From contig NC_135887.1 of the NCBI RefSeq assembly GCF_964194155.1, positions 40,238,001 to 40,302,000 of the forward strand: a DNA stretch of 64,000 bases, written 5' to 3'. The stretch is from Cetorhinus maximus. Lineage: Eukaryota. The notes under the pieces are model-generated. The model did not search any database and was not told the origin of the DNA. It was given only the letters and a program-made list of their open reading frames with translations. Position numbers and translations under genes: made by a program. The number at the start of each line of letters is the position of its first letter. Position 1 is the first letter of the stretch. Shown piece by piece: positions 13,401 through 25,400 of the stretch.

Positions 13401-16400
13401 GGAGAAAGTCCCACTGCGTCTCTGGCATGTAATTATGCCTTAAAAATACTAGTCATGCAAAGGCCAAGTTCCACCCCTTGGCACTAGTTTGCATCTACAA
13501 TTTCCTAATGTAATAAGTGTATGATTTCAGTCATGCCACCAGAAGGCACTGACAATACTTCTCCATACACTGTGGCGAGTGGAGCATGGCAAGTCACACC
13601 AGATCATGGTCACAGTTTGGGATTTTTTGACTATTTTAATACAAAGGATTTTGGGGGAAAATTTTACTTTAAATGCTGTGCTTAGTAAAGCATAATGCAT
13701 GCAAGTTAATACAGGGATTTTGAGATGATAGATAGATACAGTGTAAATGAATTAGCTTTGATTCATTCCCAGACCAGATAATAAAACAATTCAGTGACTT
13801 GTCTTCATAACTGATAAACATCTCATACCCATGAATTGGGAGCTTTCAATCTCTTCTGACTGAATAACCAAAAATAAAGCAGATTTATAGATACCAAAGA
13901 GGCAGACCAGCTTTTCTAACTGGTAATGGTACCAGCCAAAGAAAATGAACAGTACTCGACACTGGGTCAACCTTCCAACCAAAAGGAGTGAATCAAATGC
14001 TGGACGAACTCCACGCCCAGAGAAGCGAACCACTAACACTGGATGAACCCTGACCAAAGGCATTGACCCGCACCTGTTTCCGCAATTCCGATGTTCACAA
14101 TGGGAGCTTTGTGCTTCTTCGGGAAGTCTTCAGGCGCGGCGGTGAATGCGAATGAACCATCATCCTTTTTGATCATTTTGAAAACACGGATTGTTTCTTC
14201 ATTTGCCAGCCAAGTGATGAAGGCTCTGCAGTGACAGAATTAAAAACAAAACTAAATTAACAGGCTGCTGGTATCTTAAATGCTACAGAACCAATATTCA
14301 GGGGTGGCTCAAAACAATAAGGTTCAGACACAGTGAAGGTTCAGAGCTAGCTGGAGTTACAGTCACGAGCAGTAGCATGGAAGCTGGCAAATTACTTATT
14401 TTTTTCACCGAATCTGCAACTCAGACCCAGCTAATTGGCAACTGAGATTCTGTTCGCTGTACCCGAACAGTGAAATAATTTTCTTCCAATAACATATAAA
14501 TGCTAAAAGCAATGTCAAATGGGGTATTCAAAAATAAGCAATAATCAAAGACCAAAATCTTAAAAACTCATCAACATGATTGACCGGTGAGTATTGTAGT
14601 TTTGTTTCCCTTTCTCCAAAGTTATGAAGTTAGTATAATGAACTGGAAAATTGAAAATTACATTTTTTTTTAAAAGAGATAAGGATTTAAGTAAACCTTT
14701 TAGTTAACTTCCCTATATTTAAGTGACGTCTGCAGAAGGGAAGTGAGTTGCAGGTGAGTCTTTTTTTTAAGTAGTATGTTTTATTATCCAATGGACAGAG
14801 TAATGGCAGGGCAGTTATAACCTCTCCAATGCACATCCTGTGCCATGTGTGAACTCTCAGATGCTCCCTGTGTCCTAGATAACCATATGTGCAGGAAGTG
14901 ACATCAGCTGCAGCAACTTGAGCTCTGGGTTTCACTGCGGGACATCTGAGAGATTGAGAGCTTCATGAATAGCACATTTATAGATGTGATCGCCACGCAG
15001 CTAATGAATATGCGGGGAGAGAGGGAAGGGATGATCACCAAGGAGTCAAGAAGAAACAGGCAGGTGGTGCAGGAGGCCCCGGAATGCATCTCACTTGCCA
15101 ACCAGTATGAAGTTCTGAATGCTGATGAAAGTGATGATTCATCTGGGGAGTGCAGCCAGAGCCAAGTCCATGTACAGGGCTCAGCTGTACAGGGGTGCAC
15201 AAACAAGACTGGAAGAGCAATAGGTGTAGGGAATTCAATAGTTAGGGAAACAGACCGGCGATTCTGTGGCCACAGTTGTGAATCCAGGATGATATGTTGC
15301 CTCTCTGGTGCCAGGGTCAAGGGTTTGTATGGCTGCAGAGCAGCCCGAAAGTTTGGCGAGGTTTGGTGGGGGGGGGGGGGGGGAGCGTGGTGAACAGCCA
15401 CCAGTCATGGTCCACATTAGTATCAATGGCATAGGAAGTAAGGGGGATGTGGTCCTGCAGTCAGAATTTAGGGCAGTAGGTTGGAAATTGGAAAGCAGGG
15501 CCTCAGAAGTAGTAATCTGTGGATTACGACCAGTACCACGCACAAGTCAGTATAGAAATAGGAGGATAAAGCGGATGACGCTTGGCTGGATAGATGGTGC
15601 AGGAGGGAGGGCTTTAGATTCCTGAGACATTGGGACCAGTTCTGAGGCAGATAGGACCTGTACAGGCCGGATGGGTTGCATCTAAACAAAGCTAGAACCA
15701 ATTTCCTTGATTTGCTAGTGCTTCTGGGGAGGTTTAAACTAACTTGACAGAATTTGGGAACCAGGAGGTAACATTAGAGAGGAATACTAAGGTGCAAAGA
15801 ATACTGGGAGAGACAGATAGCACCAGAGTAGGAAATAGTAGGGTATTGGGTGGGTTCAGCATAAGGGGGAAGTAATAAAATTCTAAATTAGGGTTACTGT
15901 GAATGCGTGAAGCATGGTAAATAAGATTGGTGAGCAGGCACAGACAACCAAATGGAAATATGATGTTGAGATGCTAACGGAGACCTGGCTCAAAGAAGGG
16001 CAGGACTGGGTATTAATTATTCCTGGATACAAGGTGCTCAAGAAAGATAGGAAAGGAAAGGGGAAGAAGTGGCCTATTGATAAAGGAGAAAATTGCAGTG
16101 CTGGAGAGAGAGGATGTCCGAGAGGGGTCAAGGACAGAATCTATTTGACTAAAGCTAAGGAACAAAAAAGGTGCACTTACGTTCTCAGTGTAGTCTGTAG
16201 GCCACCAATTAGTGGGAAAGATGTGGAAGGACAAGTTTGCAAGGAAGTTTCAGAGAGGTGCAATTTTATAGTAGTTATAAAGGGGGGCTTTAATTCTATG
16301 AATATAGACTGGGATAATAATAGTGTAAAGGGCAGAGAGTTCCTCGAGTGTGTTCAGGAGAATTCTCTACAGCAGTATGTTTCCAATCCAGACCTGGTTC

Positions 16401-19400
16401 TTGCGAATGAGGTAGGCTAAGAGTAGTGGAACATTTAGGGGATGGTGATCATTGTATCATAAGGTTTAGATTGGCTATGGAAAAGGACAGGAACAATCCA
16501 GAGTAAAAATAATGGGGCAAAGCCAACTTCAATGGGATATGAATGGTTCTAACCCAGATAAATTGGAATCAAAGGTTGGCAGTCAAGACTGTAACTGAGC
16601 AGTGGGTTATCTTTAAAGAAGAGATAGTTCGGCCACAGTCAAGGTAGATTCCCACGAAGGGGAAAGGTAGGGCAAACAAATTGAGAGCTCCCTGGCTGAC
16701 AAAACAGATAGAAATTAAGATGAAGAAAAAAAATTGTGTTTATGAGAGACGTTATGTGGAGAAAACAACTAAGAATCAGGCTGAATATGGAAAGTTTAGA
16801 GGGGAATTAAGAAAACAAATAAGAGAAGCAAAGAGAAAGTATGAAAAGAGACCGGCAGCTAACATAAAAGAAAATCCAAAAGTCTTCTATAGGCATATAA
16901 ATCGTAATACGGTGGTAAAAGGAGTGGGACTGATTATAGACCAAAAATGAGAATTATACATGGAGGTAGGGCACAGAGCTGAGATATTAAATGAATACTT
17001 TGCATCTGTCTTTATCAAGGAAGATGAGGCTGCACAGGTCAAGGTGAAAGAGGTGGTAGTTCAGACATTTGAAGGATTTAAAATTGATCAGGAGGAGGTA
17101 TTGAAAAGGCTGCCTGTACTGAAAGTCAATAAGGCACCTGGGTCAAATGAGATGCATCCAAGGATACCAAGGGGAGCAAACGTGCAAATAGCAGAGGCAC
17201 TGGCCATAATTTTCAAATCTTCGTTAGACTCAGGGGCGGTGCTAGAGGAGTGGAGAATTCCAAGTGTTACACCCTTGTTCAAAAAAGGGTAATATGGGAG
17301 AAAATTCATAGTCACTTGGGAGGAGGAGGAGGAGGAGGTGGTGGCACAGTGGTATTGTCATAGGCTAATAATCCAGAGACCCAGGGTACTGCTCTGAGGA
17401 CCAGGGTTTGAATCCCACCATGGTGAAATTTGAATTCAATAAAAATCTGGAAATAAAATTCTAATGATGACCATGAAACCATTGTTGGTTGTCGTAAAAA
17501 CTCATCTGGTTCACTAATGCCCCTTTAGGGAAGGAAATCTGTTGCGCTTACCTGGTCTGGCCTACATGCGACGCCAAACCCACAGCAATATGGTTGACTC
17601 TGAAATGGCCTAGCAAGCCACTCAGTTGTATCAAGCCTCTACAAAGTCTATAAGGAATGAAACTGGATGGACCACTTGGCATCGATAACAGCAAACTCAG
17701 CCCTGTTGACCCTCCAGACTCCTCCTTAGTAACATCTGGGGCCTTGTGCCACAATTGGGAGAGCTGCCTCACAGGCTAGGCAAGCAACAGGCTGACATTG
17801 TCATACTGATGGACTCCCTGCAGAGGGTGGCGGCACAGTGATATACAGTCGGGAGGGAGTTGCCCTGGGAGTCCTCAACATCGATTCCAGACCCCATGAA
17901 GTCTCATGGCATCAGGTCTAACATGGGCAAGGAAACCTCCTGCTGACTACCACGTACTGCCCTCCCTCAGCTGATGAATCAGTGCTCTTCCATGTTGAAC
18001 ACCACTTGGAGGAAACACTGAGGGTGGCAAGATTGTGCTCTGGGTGGAGAACTTCAATGCCCATCACTAAGAGTGGCTCGGTAGCACTACCACAGACTGA
18101 GCTGGCCAAGTCCTAAAGGACATAGCTGCTAGACTGGGTCTGCAGCAGATGGTGAGGGAACCAACAAGAGGGAAAAACTTACTTGACCTTATTCTTACCA
18201 ACCTGCCTGCCACAGATGCATCTGTCCATGACAATATCGGTAGGGATGACCACCACACAGTCCTTGTGGAGACGAAGTCCCAACTTCACGCTGAAGATAC
18301 TTACCATCTTGCTAAACGGGATAGGTTTCGAAAAAATCTAGCAACTCAAGACTGGGCAACCATGAGGCACTGTGGGCCATCAGCAGCAGCAAAATTGTAC
18401 TCAATCACAATCTGTAACCTCATGGCTCATCATATACCCCACTCTACCATTGCCAAGCCAGGGGATCAACCCTGGTTCAATGAAGAGTACAGGTGGGCAT
18501 GCCAGGAGCAGCACCAGGCACACCTGAGGTGTCAACCTGGGGAAGCTACAACACAGGACTACTTGTGTGCCAAACAGCATAAGCAGCAAGTGATAGAGCT
18601 AAGCAATCCCACAACCAAAGGATCTAAGCTCTGCAGTCCTGCCACATCCAGTTGTGAATGGCGATGGACAATTAAACAACTCACTGGAGGGAGAGGGTCC
18701 ACAAATACCCCTATCCTCAATGATGGAGGAACCCAGCACATCAATGCAAAAGATAAGGCTGAAGCATTCACAAGAATCTTCAGGCAGGAGTGCCTAGTGG
18801 ATGATCCATCTCGGTTTCCTCCAGAAGTCCCTAGTAGGACAGATGCCAGTCTTCAGCCAATTCAATTCACTCCATGTGATATCAAGAAATGGCTGAAGGA
18901 ACTGGATACTGCAAAGACTATGAGCCCTGACAATATTCCAGCAATAGTACTGAAGACTTGTGCTCCAGAACTTGCCGCGCCCCTAGCCAAGCTGTTCAAC
19001 TACAGCTACAACACTGGGATCTACCCGGCAATTTGGAAAATTACCCAGGTATGTCCTGTACATAAAAAGCAGGACAAATCCAACTTGGCCAATTACTGCC
19101 CCATCAGTCTACTCTCCATCATCAGTAAAGTGCTGGAAGGGGTCATCAACAGTGCTAGCAAGCAGTACTTGCTCAGTAATAACCTGCTCACTGATGCTCA
19201 GTTTGGGTTCTGCCAGGGTCACTCAGCTTCAGACCTCATTACAGCCTTGGTTCAAACATGAGCAAAAGAGCTAAACTCCAGAGATGAGGTGAGAAGAGAA
19301 TGACTGCCCTTGACATCAAGACAGCGTTTGACCGAATGTGGCATCAAGAAGCACGAGCAAAACTGGAGTCAATGGGAATCAGGAGGAAAACTCCCACTGG

Positions 19401-22400
19401 TTGGAGTCATATCTAGCACAAAGGAAGATGGTTGTAGTTATTGGAGGTCAATCATTTCAGTTCCAGGACATCTCTGCGATAATTCCTCAGTGTCCTAGGC
19501 CCAACCATCTTCAGCTGCTTCATCAATGGCCTGCCTTCCATCATGAGGTCAGAAGCGGGGATGTTTGCTGATGATTGCACAATGTTCAGCACCATTTGCA
19601 ACTCCTCAGATGCTGAAGCAGCCCATGTCCAAATACAGCAAGACCTGAACAATATCCAGGCTTGGGTTGACAAGTGGCAAGTAACATTCAAGCCACAGAA
19701 GTGCCAGGCAATGACCATCTCCAAAAAGGGTGAATCTAACCATCACCCCTGGATGTTCAGTGGCATTACCAACACTGAATCCCCCACTATCAACATCCTG
19801 GGGCTTACCATTGACCAGAAACTGAATTGGACCAGCCATATAATTACTGTGGCTACAAGAGCAGGTCAGAGGCTAGGAATCCCGTGGCGAGTAGCTCATC
19901 TCCTGACTCCCAAAGCCTGTCCACCATCTATAAGATACAAATCAGGAGAGTGATGGAATAATCTCCACTTGCCTGGATGAGCGCAGCTCAAACAACATTC
20001 AAGAAGCTTGATACCATCCAGGACAAAGCAGCCCACTTGATTGGCACCACATTTACTCCCTCCACCACCGACAAACAATGACAACAGTGTGTACCATCTA
20101 CAAGATGCACTGCAGAAACTCACCAAAGCTCCTTAAGCAGCACCTTCCAAACCCACGACCACTACCATCTAGAAGGGCAAGGGCAGCAGATACTTGGGAA
20201 TACCACCACCTGGAAGTTCCCCTCTAAGCCACTCACCATCCTGGCTTGGAACTATATTGCCTTTGCTTCACTGCTGCTGGATCAAAATCCTGGAACTGCC
20301 TCCCTAACAACACTGTGGGTGTACCTACACCACAGGGACTGGAGGGGTTCAAGAAGACAGCTCACCATCACCTTCTCAAGGGCAATTAGGGATGAGCAAT
20401 AAATGCTGGCCTAGTCAGCAACGCCCACATCCAATGAATGAATTAAATAAAAACTTGGGCAAATGCAGGTTAATTAAGGAAAGCCTGTATGAATTTGTTA
20501 AGTGCAAATTGTGTTTAACTAACTTGCCTGACTTTTTTTTAAAAAGGCAAAATACTGCGGTTGCTGGAAATCTGAAACAAAAACAAAAAATGCTGGAAAA
20601 ACTCAGCAGGTCTGACAGCATCTGTGGAGAGAAAGACAGAGTTAACATTTCAAGTCCGTATGACTCTGGACTTGAAACATTAACTCTGTCTTTCTCTCCA
20701 CAGATGCTGTCAGACCTACTGAGTTTTTCTAGCATTTTTTGTTTTTGCTTGACTTTTTGATGAGTTAACAGAGGGTTGATAAGGATAATGCTGTTGTTGT
20801 GATGTACATGGACTTCTAAAAGGCATTTGATAAAATGCCGCACAACAGATGTGAGCAACATTAGAGCTCATGGAATATAAGGGACAGCAGCAACATAGAT
20901 ACAAAATTGACTGAGTAACAGGAAACAGAGACTTGTGGTGAACTGTTGTTTTTTTGGGCTGGAGGAAGGTTTATAGTGGATCTCCTCAGAGGTCAGTTTC
21001 AGGACCCTGCTCTTCCTGATACACATTAACTACCTAGACCTTGGTGTACAAGACACAATTTTAAAATCTGAGGATGATACAAAACTTGGAAGTATTGTGA
21101 ACTGTGAGGAGGATAGTGTAGAACTTCAAAAGGACAAAGTCAGGGTGGTGGAATGGGCAGACAGGTGGCAGATTAAATTTAGTGCAGAGAAGTGTGAAGT
21201 GATTCATTTTGGTAGGAAGAACGCAGAAAGACAACATAAAATAAAGGATACAATTCTGAAGCGGGTGCAGGAGTAGAGGCAACTGGGTGCATACGTGCAT
21301 AAATCATTGAAGGTGGCAGGACAAGTTGAGAGTGATTAATAAAGTATACGGCATCCTGGGCTTTATCAATAGGAGCATAGAGCACAAATGCAAATAAGTT
21401 ATGTTAAACATATATGAAACACTGGTCCAGCATCAACTAGAGTATTATGTCCCAATCTGGACCACAAACTTTGGGGAAGATATGAAAGCATTAGAGAGGG
21501 TGCAGAAAAGATTCACAAGAATGGTTCCAGGGATGAGGAGGCATTCAGTTATGAAGTTAGATTGGAGAAGTTGGAACTGTTCACCTTGGAGAAAAGAAGG
21601 TTGAGAGAAGATTTGAAAGAGGTATTCAAAACCACGAGTGGTCTGGACAGAGTAGACAAGGAGAAACTGTTCACATTGGTGGAAGTGCCAAAAACCAAAG
21701 GGCACAAATTTAGGTAATTGGCAAAAGAAGAAATGGCAACATGAGGAAAAATGTATTAAACAGTGAGAGGTTAGGATCTGGAATGCACTGCCTGAGATTG
21801 TGGTGCAAGCAGGTTCAATCAAGACATTCAAGAGGAACTTGGATTAATCTCTGAAAAGGAAGAATGTAGAGTCACAGGGAGAAGGTATGAGAGTGGCTCT
21901 CGGAAAGCTGTTCCTTCAGAGAGCCAGCACAGACATGACAGGCCAAATGGCCTTCTTCTGTGCCATAACCATTCTATGATTCTATGTTTAAATAGATCAC
22001 ATTTTACCTGGAGTCAGGGCTGAAGCACACATGCGTGGCGTGATCAAGCTCAACATTAGTTCGCACACAACGATGGTCATGCTCAAGGAAGTCTTTTGTA
22101 CTCCAAATTCGCACAGTACGGTCATCAGCACAGGAAGCCAGGTATTTCCCATTACTACTGAAATCCAGACAGCTGATATTCCCACTGTGATTCTTTAAAA
22201 CAAAATAACAATTCAATCAAAACCCTTTTTCAGTCACTGATAATACATCACTCATCTTTACTAAGGTTTTTGTCACATTTCAGGATTTTCTGATAGTACT
22301 TTTTGCACAGAAACGATTTGGAAAAAGTGTTATTCTTAACATGCTTTAAATGCATAGTGTAATTTTAACAAAAGGATCTGAGATGATAAGTAATTAAGTT

Positions 22401-25400
22401 GCCAATAAAGCAGCTTTGGTGACAATTTCTCAGATTGTAAATAATAAGTAATTTGCTAAATTTTCTCAGTAATCAAAAAACAACTCATGCCTATTGTGTT
22501 GGGGAGTCACTGATGCTGGACATTTAGGAGATCGAGTGGATCTTTTCTCTAGTTGTGAGCAGCAGGCGTTAAAACAGAAATAGACACAAACAGTAGGTTT
22601 GAAAACTGGAAAAGCCATGAAGGCAGTCAGGCTGTTTAGAGAGTTTTTGCTGAGTTAGAAACGCTGAGGATAGTTCAAAGCCATCTTGATTTGAGTCAAG
22701 TAGGATGGCCCATTAAAATAAAAGCAAAAAACTGCAGATGCTGGAAATCCAAAACAAAAATAAAAATACCTGGAAAAACTCAGCAGGTCTGACAGCGTCT
22801 GCGGAGAGGAACACAATTAACGTTTCGAGTCCGTATGACTCTTCAACAGAACCAAGGAAAAATAGAAGAGTTCGCCGAGCGGCTTCTCGCTCTGGCTGGA
22901 GCTGTCAGCCAGCTGCCTGGCTCCACCTATCACTGGCCCTCTATCCAGCTCTACTTGTCCCACCCCCCCCTTAAACCAGCTTATATTTCACCTCTCTTCT
23001 ATTTTTCCTTGGTTCTGTTGAAGAGTCATACGGACTCGAAACGTTAACTGTGTTCCTCTCCGCAGATGCTGTCAGATCTGCTGAGTTTTTCCAGGTATTT
23101 TTATTTTTGTTTAGGATGGCCCACTATGTGGGTAGTATAACATGTTTTTGTTCCTGTGCAAATGTAAGCTATACAGATTGAATTAAGTGCTGTTCTGCAT
23201 GTTTATCTTACTGTGAAATAAAGCAGCTCATTTTTGTGTGGCACCAAGTGTTCATTTGCTTCACCTTCGGATAATTTGAAGTAGTACACATGCGAATCAC
23301 ACGAATACCATGTCCAGATCACAAGGGGCTATTATTGTCACACCAGGGGTTACACTATCATGCAAACAGATAAGAGAGACAGAGAGAGAGTAGTGTGAGT
23401 CAACTCCCATAAAAGTTAAGATGTCCAGACTGCTTATGGTAGAAACTTAACGCCAGAAAGATATTTACAGCAGGCCTAAATGTACAACAATTTTGCTGGT
23501 TAAAAGTACATGGCCGGTACCACTGTGAAGCTTTTTGTAATGGCTATCACCAACAGGTCTGGCACAGAGTTCCTCCAGTATCATTACCAACAAGAAGTGG
23601 ATCATAGGAATTCATCATTGAAAAATGCAGACCTATAGATGATACCTCCAGTATCACCAGTAGGTGTTGGTTCTGAGTTCCACATTTAATATCAGAGACA
23701 GACTGACCCACATATGCAGGGATCAGTGACAATACAGGGGGGAACTCAAAGGCCAGCATCTATTAGTGAAGGAAGAATTACACAAGCTAGTGCTCACTGC
23801 TGACTGAACAGGGAGATGCTCACAAAGCCCAGTGGCTAGATGGAGAAGGTCTCAAACAGCTAGCATTTATCACTGACCAGGTGGGAAGAATATACAAATC
23901 CAGCACTTATTCATGATCAGGCAGGGCAAAATTATATGTGGCCAGTGCCTGACAGTGTATGAGGATAACCTCATAGGATTGGCATCCACCAGAGATTTGA
24001 ATGGGAGGAACTCACAGAAGTCATCAATGTCAGACAGGAAGGAGCCTCACCCAAAAACTGGTCTAAGATGATGGAGGGGAATCCTATTTTGTTCTTTTGC
24101 CATAGTTACATCAAAATTGTGCCAGAGGGTCAGAGAAAGCTTTCCAGTGATGGGCTTTTCAGCAAGGAGCTCTGAAGAATGGATGCTGACATGGATTATT
24201 AATTTTTCAAACCAAGATGTAGAGCAGCTGCACGAACAAAGCATCCTGCTTAGCACTGGCTGTTACATAAAATAAAAACAGAAAATGCTGGAAATACTCA
24301 GCAGGTCAGACAGCATCTGTGGAGATAGAATAGAGTTAACGTTAACCAGCAAAAAAAAACATGAAACAAAATGAGGCAGAGGTTAGGATCCAAAACTGTT
24401 GAGCTTAATTTTGAGTCCAGAATGCTATAGAGTGCTGAGTCAAAAGATGATGTGCTGTTCCTCTAGCTTGCATTGAGCTTCATTGGAACACTAGCAGGCC
24501 TTGGACAGAAAGATCAGAATGGGAGCAAAGTAGAGAATTAAAATGAAGAACAACAGGAAGCTCAGGGTCATGCTTATGGACTTAACAGAGGTGTTGCTTT
24601 TATTTCATGTTTTTTTTTTCGCTGGTTCGGTTATGTCTCCTTTCTTTATCCCATCACATTGTATATGGATGACTGCCATGTAGCCATTCACATCTCATCT
24701 GGATACATCATGTTTCTTCACTATAACCATTACCACTTCTTTGGTAAAAGCAAAATACTGGGAATGTTGGAAATCTGAAATTAAAACAGAAAATGCTAGA
24801 AAAACATTAACTCAGCATCTTGGAGAGAAACAGAGTTAATGTTTCAGATCGTGATGACCCTTCATTGGAACTGAGGAAAGATAGAAATGGAACAGGTTTT
24901 CAGCAAATGGAAGGGAGGAGTGTGTGGAAGAACAAAAGAGAAGGTTTGTGGTAGGGTGGAGAGCAGGAGAGATAGGACAAAATGTTTCTTGGTACAAAAG
25001 CCAAAGGAAGTGATATAAAAACAGAAAATGCTGGAAAAACTCAGTAGGCCTGGCAGCATCTGTGGAGAGAGAAACAGAGTTAACGTTAACAGAGGTCTGA
25101 AGAAGAGTTTTATGGGCTCGAAATGTTAAATCTGTTTCTCTCTCCACAGATGCTGTCAGACCTGCTGAGTTTTTCCAGCATTTTCTGTTTTTATTTCAGA
25201 TTTCCAACATCCCCAGTATTTTGCATTTGTATGCGATCTTACATGGGGATCAGAGTTCTAAAAACATTCTCAGCCACACAAAGGTGAAGAAGTCCAGAAT
25301 GAATATTTGTTTTTCTTTATTATTACACCTCTGTGATAGGCCTTGGAATGTTTTTCTACATTAAAGACACCATATAAATTCGAGTTGTTGTTGAACTACA

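Larger units (their letters stand above)
14690..21987 (+). mobile_element. Near full-length decayed CR1 LINE (ORF1 with esterase, EN, RT), split by two nested insertions
   Basis: ORF1 motifs (C..C, ISLANQYEVL, GNSIVRETDRRFCG, PDGLHLN). EN (TETWLKEG, DLVL). RT (KAPGSNEMHPRI; resumes after 20453 as CLTNL...). 3' tail ATTCTATGATTCTATG at ~21970-21987. Confidence 0.88.

Noticed and set aside
15368-15384. Long G homopolymer as a G-quadruplex regulatory element
   Set aside because: It sits inside decayed CR1 ORF1 and is most simply a slippage expansion or sequencing artefact.
18149-19261. 370-aa ORF as an intact host gene
   Set aside because: It is an EN-RT linker and RT fragment of a LINE, with stops and frameshifts on both sides.
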